Assembly: GCA_976226885.1 (NCBI GenBank)
Contig: OZ320322.1
Location: 49,786,001 to 49,850,000 of the forward strand
Length of the DNA stretch: 64,000 nucleotides
Source: Iphione sp. A-MEVVRFRX5
Lineage: Eukaryota
Direction of reading: 5' to 3'
Part shown: positions 50,377-63,441 of the stretch, piece by piece
Numbering within the stretch: the stretch's first letter is position 1
Layout of the letters: each line of letters opens with the position of its first letter
Made by a program: the position numbers and the translations under genes
The notes under the pieces: model-generated
Database searches by the model: none
The model's input: the letters and a program-made list of their open reading frames with translations, nothing else
Told to the model about the DNA's origin: nothing

Positions 50377-51209
50377 GGCCACATGCTCTACTCTGGTGTT
50401 CCTGGTGGATCTGGGGAGGCTGGGGGATTGGTTAAGCATGTCTTGGTGATATAGTGGGTTCCTTAGTGACAATGTTCTGCATCTCACAGCTGCATCTTCA
50501 GCTAGTTCACCTTGATGTTAATGCAACATCCAATTCATGCCCTTAGCCAAGGGGGTATCGGGGATATCGTCCGATACCGCCCACAACCATTATATATGCC
50601 CATAGGCTTTCATAGGAGTGGGGAAAAACTAGTTCCACAACTGGGGCATTCAGGGTATCATCTAATACCCCCCACAAAACGTCCTGGCTAAGGACCTGTA
50701 TTTTGTAGCGCCTTGACCATGGCGTCATAGAGTTTGTAAACTACACTCCAAGAAATGGATCCTTCAGTTCATTATAGAAATGATGCGAGAATTGCTAAGG
50801 AAAAGTCAACGTGCAGATCGTGACATGCTGACTAATCAGATACGCACAGAGTGATAAGAAATTCTATCAAGATATATGAGGGGGTCATATATGGGACTGC
50901 AATCATCATCATAATTTGTCATCATATTCCAACGTCACCAATAACAGAACATCGTCACCTTCACCATCAACCCATTAACAGTACATCATCTGCATGTCAC
51001 CGTTATTGTGTAAATATTGTATATTATATCGTAAAAAGTGCATAATTATCATCCAGACAAAACATTCTGAGAACAACCTGATTTCCTAAGTACTGTTATG
51101 TATAATATGAATTATCAGGAAAAATAAAATTTGAAAACAAATGTAGTCATGGAAGCGTGGGGATCCACAGTGGAGGTCCTGGTTCATAAAGGCAGGTGTG
51201 GAGACAGTG

Positions 51210-51390
51210 TTAAATGAAGCAGAAGCGCCCCTTGTTCCAGAGGATGACGCGAATGAAGGTCGACGTGGCAAGAAACATTCCCCTGGATATGTTTACGTGT
51301 ATATATAATTAATAGACTATTTCTTGCTTTCTCTGCCTCTATCTCCGTCTCTGTATCCCCCGTCTGTCATCACCGTTCCTCCTTTGCTTG

Positions 51391-51435
<45 letters not shown>

Positions 51436-52942
51436 TCTCTTCCTGCAGTGAGTACACTGGGTGTTGTAAATGCGTGATACCCACTAATGTGTAGTTTTCA
51501 TATCGAGTATACTGCCCATTTTAGTCAAGCGTTTCAATACGTTTCGAAACTCCCTTTACGACCACCCCTTGTGACCAAGTTCAAATGGTCGCATTGGTGA
51601 ATTTGGTCGCAAATAGGGTATCAACTCTATAGAAATTAACATTTTGGTTCCCACCTCTGGTGGTCGCAAATAGAGAATCATCGCATATCGATGTGGCCGC
51701 AAATAGGGTTTCAACTATGTAATTGTAATACAGTGGAGCTTCTCTAAAAGGACGCGCCTGGAATTGGGGCGTGTTTCTAAATGGTACACTCTGGGAAAGA
51801 ATCAAAATAATTCCTCCGTGTGTATGTTTAAGTGATAGTCTCTTATTGGGACACATCGTGATTGTGAAGTGTCTCCGAAGGGACAGACTTCTGATGGCAG
51901 GAAGCATCTCAGAGGAGTGAGGTTGAAGGGCAACCACTTCAATTGGGACATCTCAGCCAGTGGAAATCCATCTTAGACGGGGGGAGAGAGAAGGTTGACC
52001 ACTTCAATTGGGCTTCTCTATGTGGTGGGAAGAGTAAGCACCTGCAAAGGACAGCGGAGAGGCGTGAGAGAAAAGAACGACCACTTCAATAGGGCCACCT
52101 CTGACGAGGGGAATACGTCTCACGAGTGTGAGAGAGTCAAGGGCAACCACTCCAACCAGGACATCTCTGATGGCGGTAATCATCTCAGAGGTGTTGTCTT
52201 ACTTGTAAAATATCCTACATCCGACTACACATGCACATGTAGATGTATATGACTTGCAGACAGTAGCCTTAGGCTACAACGTCGTGGATCGGGACACACC
52301 TCTAATCTATGCTAAGAAGAGAGGGTGTCCTGATTGGAGGCGCTCCTCTGTTAATTGGTACCACGTTCGGACTTGGGGAAGCATGTGTTCTTCATTCTTT
52401 TGTTTTTATTCATAGGCAATAGATTGCAACCCATGGTATAATTTGTAGAGCGATTTTACAGTTATCTAGATACATAAATGCATATCACACGATCACAAAT
52501 TTTAAATAAAAACTTATAGGCCTATAAAAGGATCTTATTTATAATCTTATAATAAAAAGAACAAGTCAGCAGGAACAGTCTAGGTTTCTTTGCTACCGGA
52601 AATACCGTGATTACTAAACTTCATAATATCTTTCTTGAAAATTGACCAAAATTTATACTTTTGTAACGAAATATCTAATGGGTTTATGATGTATGAACAT
52701 CAGAAGGTCCTACATGAAGTAGAAAGCAAATTGCTGTGTCCATAGAGAGATTGGTCGGACAGTCAGCAGATCAGAGGGTTGAACTGCAGGAGTTCTTGCT
52801 TTACACCTGTGTAAAGGCAGAGAAACAAGCATGCCCAGATCCCCGTCGCTCAGTACAGGATCGAACGATCGAATGCCATGCAGCCAAGAGTTGCAGCTGG
52901 ACCTTTGCCACCTCCGACTCACCTCCAACACCTCTCGAGCAT
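51210..52942 (-). CDS. Candidate two-exon micropeptide, 30 aa: MLERCWRGMFLATSTFIRVILWNKGRFCFI
   Basis: Exon 1: 52942-52923 (ATG with G at -3; consensus donor AG|GTGAGT, phase 2). Exon 2: 51282-51210 (CAG| acceptor, phase 2); 18 of its 23 full codons end in G/C, as in the confirmed exons here. I recognise no homologue. Confidence 0.5.
51395..51440 (+). repeat. (CT)n microsatellite
   Basis: About 22 CT units with one interruption. Confidence 0.95.
51540..52200. mobile_element. Cluster of degenerate Tc1/mariner-like MITE relics and ~65-80 bp repeats (ACCACTTCAATTGGG core)
   Basis: CGAAACTCCCTTTACGACCACC-type and CAGTGGAGCTTCTCTAAAAGGAC-type ends; TGGTCGCAAATAGGG x3; ACCACTYCAA core x4 at ~51932, 51998, 52079, 52146. 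Confidence 0.5.
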
Positions 52943-53595
52943 CGCCTTCTTATTATATACAGCCGGGCCGGCGTGGCAGCGGCGGCGGGGCCTAGGGATC
53001 AATATGGGATTAAAATGGGCGGCCGGCACCGATTACGAGCCTGCCGCCATTGTTCCCAAGAGCCGTCGAGCGAGGAACGGGGGCCAACACGTGGGCTTTT
53101 GTCCAACAGCAGCCACTAGGAGGCCAGCCTATGCCTCACACACGTACATGTACCGGCCACCCACTTTGACCTGACCCCACCCTCACACACACACTCACAC
53201 ACACACACACACTCCTTCTTCTTGCAATGTTATCGGGTCCAGCCCCCCAGCGCTGCTTCTGCCCATACGCACGCACGCACGCACACCCACTCGTACGCCT
53301 CCTAGCGGTGGTCTGCCATATGCTTAACTCGTTCCGGATCCTTAGAGCGAGCGACGCTCTTTGTGGGGAAGAGGGGAAACGCCCGAGAAGTGGAGCTATT
53401 AAAGCATGGCTGTGAATTCACAGTGTTAGCCAAAGGAGAATTTTTTTCGCAGTAAGGCAAACAAGTCAGGATATAAATTTGCTCATGTGTTGACGCACGG
53501 ATTGGTGGACTGACTATAGTTTAGGAGGTGGAGCTAAAGCCAGAAGAAATTTGTGAGAGAGAAATAAGATCCAGAGTAATAACGTGTACTTCAAG

Positions 53596-53613
53596 ATGTC
53601 GAAGAAGCCCAAG
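53596..53613 (+). CDS. Candidate distal first coding exon (MSKKPK) of the gene continuing at 63350
   Basis: AAG-ATG context and a phase-0 donor AAG|GTACTT, just downstream of a CpG-rich promoter-like region. Only 18 nt, so support is weak. Confidence 0.35.
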
Positions 53614-56600
53614 GTACTTGTAAAATCTATTCCTTTTTATATTTACCCCGACCTACAGTCACCTCGACTTGTCTTCTGAAAAAAAAACTGCATCAAAGAC
53701 CATTAACCAGAAAATAACGTTTACACCGATTGTATTCCTCATATACTATGTGGTAGTCTAGATGTCTTCGATTCACTTTGTGAACTGATCTTATTGCACA
53801 CTCTCTGCTCTAAAAATGGTTTCAGCAATACGAGTAGTGTGTATAGAAGCAGAAGATTACATGCAATTTCGTTTACAGACCAACTATTTTATCAAATGTC
53901 TGATCCAGTATTTATTGTTGGATAAAAAAAACATACCCGGGGCAATTTTGAGATAAAGGCTTTTAAATCATTATCAATGGTTTTCATCAGAATTAGTTCT
54001 TTTAACTCAACAAGAAAAAACAAGATGTCTACAAAAGGCTCGCGATTCTTTTAGCAAAGAAAATATTCATAGAACTTGCCGTCGCTTTTCACTAATGCAC
54101 GTACGGTTTTGAGTGGTCGTAATAATAGGCTTAGACCGGAGCTTAACCCTGGCTTCCATGTGTTGACTGCTCTCAAGCCCACGCACCCACCGAACCGCTC
54201 ATACTAATCTAATTTAATCTCCGAATGGCATCCAGCTAGCTTTCAATCAGCTGACACAGTAGTCATAATGTACGGGTGGGGAATGTTATGCGATTCATGG
54301 AACGCTACATAAACATATTAAAATCGGTATAGCCTATAGTTAATACGTATTTAATGGCAGATTGTATCCCGTGAATATGTAACGCACACGCAAAGCATTC
54401 ATCAAGGCCATATGAACTTTGATACATGCAGTTACTTGTATTTTGATATTCAATCGTGCGAGGTACTCTGTAAACGCAGGGGATTTTAATATATTTCTGT
54501 ACCGTTGGCACTATATACATGTATATCAAGTCGTTCAAGTTTTAAGATTGATGAAAACCATGTGAATAATTTTGTTTAATGGGTTGCTGAGATTCCAGTG
54601 TGTCGCTTTTGATAATGTTCAGCAATTTTCCCCTGATGTTTTTCCTGTGATTCCTTAAAAGCTGCCCCCCCCCCTTATGCCTCTTTTTCCTGCACACGAT
54701 TCCTTGTTGACTTATCGAATTTTGAGTATTAAACCAGTATTATTTTGTAAAAGTATTTTTGGATAAACATTACCTTGTGATACTGCTGAAATCAATGCTA
54801 TACAGCATCAAAATAATTATTATGATGTAAAATAAAGTGGTGTTAATTGATTTTAGTGATTCGATTTTGATAGCTTTTCCAGTCAATCGTAGGATATTTT
54901 ATCAAAGTGCTATAGTAAAGCGAATGCGGATAGCTTCATTAGCCCGTTGTTAAATTGAAACCTTCTAGTCCACTAAACCTTACTTCGAAGATAAATCATT
55001 TCCAGGGGAGAGGAAGGAAAGGTGGGAAGGTGAGTACTTCACGTAGTTCTGTCAATGGCTACCATTACCGCATCATCATTAATAGAGAAATTTAAAGTAA
55101 TACAAAATTATTTTATGTTGTTTTAGTATCTTCACTAAATTTCGAATGATTACAAGACATTTATTCTGCACAAGAAATTAACACCCTATATTTTGCAAAG
55201 TTCGATTTTGATTCATTTATTTTCCCATTTGCCGATAATTTCTTATGTCTGATTTGTAATGAAGGATGCATCCTGCTAATGAATCCACATTGTTTTGGTA
55301 TTGATTTCACTCTCTATAATTTTGATGATTTCTTGTAAAATTCCACATATTTTCACTTCGTAAGTAATTTTAAAGAGATAAATTGTAGTATAACTAGTGT
55401 AGGGCTGTATATTTATTATTTGTCATTCTACCCTTTATGAAATTGACTGATTGACATATACATTACTCATTAGACACAGATTAATTGCCCGTGATAAGGA
55501 TAGGCAACATAGATGGATGGATAAATAACCCACACTGTAGTGACTAAAACAACGCATGCCGTTGAAACATTTTTTTATAATACGGAAATTTAGTGCATTT
55601 ATATTGGCAGAGATACTATAATGACATCAAAAAGGCAAACCAAATTGTGATGTAGCTGGGTGGTTAACTATCAAGGAATGGGTCAAGTAGTTGATCACAC
55701 ATATACATCTTATTATGTTCTATTTGGAGTGTCATAACATCAAAATAGCAGTTATTGATGACGTACACTGGCATCTTACTTCTGCAGACACAGGAGCGGC
55801 TCCAGCCATTGTGTTCGCAGAAGGTGGTGTCCACTATACATCTATAGGCGAAAATTTTGTAGTAATGGAGTAGAACGGGTAAATCACCAGCAGTGGAATG
55901 AACCCATTACAGCAATTATGTCTACTGTTTCTACAGACGATATCTTGAAATATAGCAAGCTGATTGGTGGATTCTATTGTGACATCACAAAATAGTAAAT
56001 CACCATTGTAGCGGTGTCTTGCGAATCGTCCATTAGTTCTATAGTCATAATGTTCACAGTAAGAGTTGTCTACTATGTCTGTTTGTCCTTTGACAAAAGT
56101 TCCACTGTACATCTAGACATGTATTTTCTTTCCACACCAGGACAATAACAATCACTGCTGCAGAAGAGATTGGTAAATGTAATTGTGACAACGAGTGTTT
56201 CAACTGCTCTGGTAGTAGTCCATTGCTGACATGCCAGCCACACAGCTACAAAAACAGTGCTTTTTCGCCTTTTATGATTTCCTATAAGAATTTCCTCCTG
56301 TGAAAGCAATTATGTGGGGAAGCGACGTAAAAACATTATGTAGCAATGGTTTTGTTAACCGCTCAACAATGGGTCCATTTGAGAGATACACGAGACCATT
56401 ACTAGCCCTGTGTGTGTGGTGGGTGTCTCTGTGACTGAGTGGCTTCCTTCAGTCTGGCTGAACATTTAAATGAAGGGGAAGTGTGGAAGGACAAGCAATT
56501 AATAGGGTGATGGAAACTGATTATAGGGAACTCTGTTAATGATTTTACCACGTACAAACCAGGGCTGATTATGTCATCTCAAACTGTGTCACAGGAGAGT

Positions 56601-59068
56601 GCAGAGCTGGGCACCCAAGAAAAGTTGTCCCATATTTTAACCTCCCTGTCACAAAAATACAGTCAGTTTTGGGCTTAACCAGTGAACAATGAAAGAAGGT
56701 TGTCGCATTCTTTAGTGTCTGTGTCACATGTTTTTTTTTTCGAAATGCAACTGGTTTCCCCGCCCTGGAGTATAGGCCTACAAGCAAATCTTATATGATC
56801 AACACAATTCCAACAACAGTATGTACTTTACCCACTTATGAGTTTCACCATTTTTTCTGAATGTTATAAGTGATTTGTTTTAATCATTTTGACAAATGAA
56901 CATTGTTGAGTTCAGTTACCCATCTACAGTGCATTATAGGCCTAATTGCTTCTTGCCTTTTGTGACCTCATAATGGAATGTCCACATATGAAAATGTCCC
57001 CTTTCACAACGTGTTAAAAAAATGCACATTCAATTAATTATAAGACGTCCAGCAGGACCCCACTTCCTAAGTGATGCATATTAAGATTGGCCATTCCTGA
57101 TCAGTTCAGTTACATTTACATGTATATTATCACGTGGAATCTCCACGTTTTCAGTCTGTTATATACAGTCAACACCCTCTTAAAGACCAACTTGCGGGGG
57201 AATCCACCCCATCGCATAAACCAAAGCCATCAAGTCAAAAACTATCTGTTAACATTAGGAACTCACGGGAGATACAAACCCTGTGGAGAGACTAAAATGG
57301 TCCCGTCGATTATTGCGTTACAATGCAACATATTTCACCAAACTGGAAGAGGCATGTTTTTTGTCATAGCAACTTGCACTCTGTACATTGGCAGTGACAG
57401 TCCTGCCTCGGCAAACATTGCGCACATGGCTTAGCTGACATATTAGAAGAAAGAAGGTGATCTTTCTCAGGTCACTATGATAAAACTAAACAAAGTAGGA
57501 AGAAATGGCTAACATATTAAAGATTATTCGCTCAAATTTTGACAGATTTCTGTGAAGAAATAAGAGAACTGGAACTGGTCAAACTGACACATTTTACATA
57601 GGATTTGGTAGAAACTGTAAACCCTTGGCGAGGTCCAGCATATATAGGTCATATTCACTGGTGCCATCTGTCTTCAATTTGACCAATCAATGTGTCTATA
57701 GTCTAGTCCCAAGGTTGATCTTCTGTGAGCTTGGAGCTCAGAGCTTTTTATGCCTCGAGAGCAGAATTTGTCATCTCAAGACAACGGCCGACAGATAGAC
57801 CGATTCTATTACACCAACTAATTATACGGTACACACGCACACATTTGTATACGCCATGCTCCATCTAGCATGATGTGAGTTATTTAAATAAAAATACAAA
57901 ATACAACGAAGGTAAAAAGTAATTCTCAAGAGGGCCCCTGAAAGAATGGGATGATTGGTCCGACAGTTATTGGGAAACGGTGAGATAAGCAGTCTGAAAA
58001 AAATTCTAATAAATATCGTGGGAGGATTTAGGAGGGGATACGTCTGACATTCCGAAAGCGGCATGGTTTTGGTACTGTTCTATCAGGTGTCTGTCGAACA
58101 AATGAGAAAAGGCTACAAAAAAGCCATTGGTGTGCATTTGGTCATAGAGGTGTTTGGCCAAGCTATATCTGACCTGAAGTGGACCAGCTACAAGTGGAGT
58201 GGAAGAAATCTTTTCGATTGAGATACCGGGGGGCACAACCTCATGCTTAATTAGGTCCATCTGGTGTCAAGGGAACCAAGGGGCTTTTTTTTTTTACTCA
58301 GAAATCAGGAAGAATACATCTATTAATTAGCTGCACCATCACCTGATCGAGGCAGTAGCTGATGCCGCTATATCCCTATGATATCCAGCATGGACGTTAT
58401 AAAATCTAGGCGGGCCCGTAGACAGGGGGGGGGGGGGGGTATCGGGGGTATCATCCACAAAACCTAATGCCTTGCATATAGACATGATCATCCATGAGTT
58501 CCGCCTCTGGGGTATCGGGGGTATCGTCGGAACTGAATTCAATACGATTCCCTGGCTGGAAAGACTGACATTTAAAGTACATAATAAAATTATCTCAACC
58601 CTCCACCATATNNNNNNNNNNNNNNNNNNNNNNNNNNNNNNNNNNNNNNNNNNNNNNNNNNNNNNNNNNNNNNNNNNNNNNNNNNNNNNNNNNNNNNNNN
58701 NNNNNNNNNNNNNNNNNNNNNNNNNNNNNNNNNNNNNNNNNNNNNAGGGTTTTGACGGGGAGGCAAAGACAAAATGATATAGTTCTTTGACACTAGATGG
58801 ACTATTGGTCTAAAGCAGGGGCGCTCGCGGTGGAAAGAACAAGAACTAGTACCCTGGAGCTCTCGAGCACATGCCAAAAGAAGGGAGAAACAGATATTTA
58901 TATCAGTTTCCGTCTCTTAATCTCAATCGCTTATTATTGTCTAAATTGTCTTGATATGTCACTGATACGCTGCCTATAATAAAAATAAATAATAATTATA
59001 GTAGCTAATATTACAAAAAAGATGAGATAAGATCAATATATAGATATTAGGTTCGAGGCTTTTATAGT

Positions 59069-59083
59069 GTTGTCAGTGGTTAC
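59069..59083. promoter_or_regulatory. RFX X-box-like motif
   Basis: GTTGTCAGTGGTTAC (reverse GTAACC-ACT-GACAAC) is one mismatch from GTNRCC(N0-3)RGYAAC and ends 16 nt upstream of the ATG at 59099. Confidence 0.45.
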
Positions 59084-59098
59084 AGACGAAGCTTCAAA

Positions 59099-60367
59099 AT
59101 GGCTTCGAAATCCAGGATTGGTAAAGCTCGGTCAACATCAACTGTACCACCATCGGCTAAATCTGACAGGAGGAGTGGTCGCAGTAAAGATCAGCAATCT
59201 AAGGCAAGCATTTAGAGTAAATGACAAGCCTAGGTTAAATTTTGTAATCGGAATAAACCTGAAAGAGGGAGGTATCGCCCATCAAAAATTCAACTCCCAG
59301 TCGTGCAAAGTCGTGCATCGTTTTCCTTGTTTACGTTTTCAACAAAGTTTTGTTTTCTATATTCTTGGCCTTGTGTGAGGTGACAACCTCTAGTTTCCAC
59401 TTGCAGGGTCTTGGCACCACAGTCCAGTGCCAGCAAACCTCTGGACAGACAGACCCCCCCCCCCCCCCCACTGGTACCATAACGTACCCTTGTATGCCCA
59501 CGGCCTGAAGGGCTTATGGAGTTTCCATAAAGAACGGATGGGTACCCTGTCTGTACCGGATGGGTACTCTGTCTGTACACCCTATAATAAGTGACCATGC
59601 CACTAGCCTTAGTCCCTGATGAGACCATTGTGGTTGATACCATGCACTCCCCATTGCCCCCCTAAGCACACCATTCCTCCCATAATAACCAAAATCTCTG
59701 TGTCTCCCCTATTATCCCCTTCTACCACAGTGACCAAGTTCTCACTGACCCCTCAAAGAATCCCTGTCCCCCTACCAGATCACCCAAGATTTCTTCCAGT
59801 GGCATCATAGGAACTCCCAATCCACCCTTTTCAACATTTTTTTAACCAGATCCCTGGGTACATAATCATCCCACAACCATCCCCATTTCATTTTTAAAGG
59901 GGTCTAGAGGTTTACATTCTACTTTTCAGGAGGGTGCACAGGCACCCTTGCCCTCTTGCATGGTCGCACCAGAGAACAGAGTCAGTTACCAGCAACACTA
60001 GCCACATTTCCTAGTGTACTGTTTATCTTTTCAGTTATGATTTTATTTACTCCACCTGTAGTAAAATACACTCAGACTGACATTAAAGAAGGTCAACTTG
60101 GCCTGTATGGTGAGTCAGTTTGACCCCAGTCCTAGTTCAATCGGTTCCTGGTAATGTACTACCCCAAGTTGTAATCTATTTAGTCAAGAAAAGATCCAGT
60201 CCATTTTGCTCTGACTGTGAGTCGTTAAAATCAAGAGTACAGGACAGCACATATTCTTTTTAGCTGCGAAATCAAGTGAGATGGCCTGTGTCTCTCAGTA
60301 CATCTGATCAGTCATTCAGGAAGCAGGGTCCATTTATCTTCTTCTTCTTCTTCTTCTTCTTCTTCTT

Positions 60368-60401
<34 letters not shown>

Positions 60402-63400
60402 CCTTCGTACTCTTATTTCGAATAAGTGTCTTGGGTCTTTTTATGCATAGGGGGACAGAATCATACATGCACACATGTGGCCTTGGTTACAAGTTGTGAA
60501 CCACTCTGGGTTGGGGCTTTGTAAATCTGGCTGGTCATGGTCAAGCGCCCCAGGGACAGGTTTGAACCTGCAACCTCTAGATGAGTGGACCAGTGCTAGT
60601 CAGCATTCTTACCAACTGAGCTAACTCCCCACCTCTATAACGCTGACAATTTTCAAGATAGAATGTACCTTTATGACACTGTACATCATAATAAAGTGTG
60701 TCTCTTAATGAGCCAATCACCAGCGGTTGAAGTAATGGGTACTGCTGATGCGTTTTTTACCGAATTGTGACATTGTCACAATTTTAAGCAATTTGATTGG
60801 AAAAATTCTCATTATGCTGTCACAATTCAGGAAAAAAAAAAAACACGTTGGCAGTACCTTGTACTTCAACCACTGGCGATGGGTCCATTAGGCACTAGGT
60901 GTAGCTGACTACACCTAAATAGCAAGAATTGATGAGAGAAGGGCCCCATGAACTTGACAGAAGCACACGAATGCCTAGGTACTATGGGTACACTTGACTG
61001 GTCAAGATTGAGTAATGGGCTGAGAAAAAATGATGCCCTGTATAAATATGCATGTATGTGAATCTGTGACTCACAATATATGAAAGGCTTCTTTCATAAC
61101 AAAATAGTGTTCGCGGACCTTTCTCTTTAGGTAAACTTTACAAGCACAACCAGTACGTAGTAGCTGTTGTTGTTAGTGTAGTATTTAGTAAACTTGGTTG
61201 GAATGTGTAGCTTTCAGCGCGATACACAAACTTATCGAAGCATGATATAGGTTTGAAGATGCTACAATCATCTGGGGTGTCTTATCAACCTATGGGCATG
61301 GCTTTAGTAGTAGGATGAACCACATAGTTTTGCTGCTTGTATTCCATAAGCAGCACCGATAAGCTATGCAACCGCCAGTCTCCTTGCTCTCTCTGCCTTG
61401 CATTCACTGATAGATCATGGCCTGAAATCGCCAATGTGAAATCATTTGGCTTTCGATCATTGCACACCAGTCTGTGATCTCTCAAAATGAGTACCTGTAT
61501 TAGGCTACCTAAACCAGTTCCTCATCCGTGGGATGAGGCCGTGGCCAGTATAGCCTCTTAGGGCACATTTTGCACGTTCAAGCCCATTCCTTGCTAAATA
61601 TTGTGGTGGAGAGGATGAATGGCCTTCTCTCCAAGCATGGCTTTCCAAGATGGGGGGGGGGGGGGGGGGGGGCGGGGTGGGTGGGCCGGGAGGGGCGGGG
61701 CTTACGTGTGACCGGAGTGCTTTTGCTTTGGAGCATATTGGTATCTTACTGACAGCAGGTGGCTGGCTTTCCTCACCGGCCAAGCCAGTGCTTTTCTGTG
61801 GAATTCGGCACTCCCACCACCTGCCGCCCCCCCCCCCCCAGTAAAACGGGCCTGTCACCACCAGGGTTACTGTAGGCTTGACAAAGGGCTGAGCGGCACC
61901 CCTAACGAAGGTCGGCGGGACTGAGAGAATATTTACACCAGTGTTTCATCATTGGGTTCCGAAGGGGAGGGATGTCCCAAATTTACCTGAATTTCCTAGA
62001 TTTTGTTTATGTTATGTAATAACAATACACTGTCCACCTTTGCGAGATAAATGCAAAAGGTATGAACTTGTAAGTTTCCTCAAGTTTGACAAAATGTCAC
62101 GCCCCTAAGAAATATGTGGGGAACGAGGGGAGTTGAAGTGATTTCTTAAGTTTTTATTTGCGTTGCCTTTTTACAAAACTCGGTTAATTTTACCATGACA
62201 ACAATCACAGGGGAGATGAAGAACCGAATTGCCTTGCAATCGACTGTACCTGTAAACAATGCAATATTTTTATTACAGAAGAATTGCATAGATTATATAA
62301 TTTCTACAACTCTGTCGTTCCCATTGAAATACAAAAAGAATTATCTGAAGGTGATCTTATGGTTGTACATGTATATAGGTTCCTGGACAATGTATAGATG
62401 ATCGTCTGTGTAACTTGGCCCAATATAATCTCTTTTTAAAGCACACTGATGATAGCACTACAATAAGTGAATTTGGTGATTCCGAGTTCACTGATGGTCT
62501 AAGTATCATTGTATGTTTCAATAAACCAAAAGAAAAACAGAATGATCTCTGCAATGAACATCACTTTTATTTTTGCATGAAAGAAAAAGGATGGATTTAG
62601 AAGTAGGTTCATCCGTTGAGTCATACAGCATTTATTGGCCGCATGTGTAGTTGAACATTAAATAGAAGACGAACCATCCTTTACACCTGTAAAGAACGTG
62701 TCACAATACGTTTTGTTTCACAAAAAGAAGCAGCGTCAAGTTAATACCTAACATGACTAGCATTTTTTTTTATTTCTTTTATCATAATAGTTAATGCATG
62801 TGAGCCGCACATTAGTTTCAATTTGAATGTCCATCATCACAGCATTGATGTAGCATGTGTATGAGCTTCCAGATTTCATGTTATGGGACACCCTGTGAGA
62901 ATAGCTATAAAAATTTGAATGAAAGCGAGATACCCTATTGTTAAAACATGGTGTATGAGTATGAATGATTTGAAGTGTTTGTGCATATAAATGTAAAAGT
63001 TTGGCTCAATTGTTCTCACTAATTTTCAACTGGATTTCATTTTCACATGAACTATATTGCATGTATATGGACACACTTGTTGAGATGCAGGTAACGCGTG
63101 GCGCTGCTCTAAAGGCTTGTAACAGTGACAAGTTTGTTGTTTGAGGTACTTGCTGTCCATACATGCATAGTAACATACTTCAAATAAAGTTGTTGACTTG
63201 TGCGTCACATGGAGTGCTAAGATACAATGCATAAGGAGTCAATATAGAAACATTCCGTTTTATGGAAACCTCATTCTCTAACAAATGTGTTACGTTAGTA
63301 ATTTGCCAGTGTGCAATGAACGTCACTAATTTTCTTCTCTAACTTTTAGGATGACTCGAAGGAAACTCTTGCATGGAAGGTCCTCAGCACCACACAGATC

Positions 63401-63441
63401 AAAGATCTGTCTGACCTGGACACAGTTGAAAAAGTCCAAGA
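59099..63441 (+). CDS. 5' part of a probable ciliary protein gene (CABCOCO1/CFAP119 CLAMP-family-like by recall); incomplete at window end
   Basis: Exon 59099-59203 (CAAAATGG start; MASKSRIGKARSTSTVPPSAKSDRRSGRSKDQQSK; donor AAG|GCAAGC, phase 0) joins exon 63350-63441 (TTTTAG| DDSKETLAWKVLSTTQIKDLSDLDTVEKVQ(E) |GTAAGT). The 63350 exon has strong splice sites. The family call rests on remembered similarity of ~30 aa. Confidence 0.5.
60337..60630 (-). mobile_element. Full-length-looking tRNA-derived SINE with (GAA)~20 tail
   Basis: The 5' head GGGGAGTTAGCTCAGTTGG has a Pol III A box, and GGTTCAAACC is a B box. The cloverleaf stems do not close. A ~150-bp body follows, then a (GAA)n tail at 60337-60397. 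Confidence 0.8.

Noticed and set aside
52951-52959. TATATAA as the TATA box of the micropeptide gene
   Set aside because: It is under 20 nt from the ATG, so the start site would fall inside the ORF; more likely 5' UTR sequence.
55834-56112. - strand ORF with BTB-like FCDVTI
   Set aside because: Only a 6-aa resemblance; no following HR/K.VLAA.S motif, splice support or codon bias.
60549-60630. Possible functional tRNA gene
   Set aside because: The acceptor and anticodon stems do not pair, the T-loop is one base short, and it continues into a SINE body and tail.
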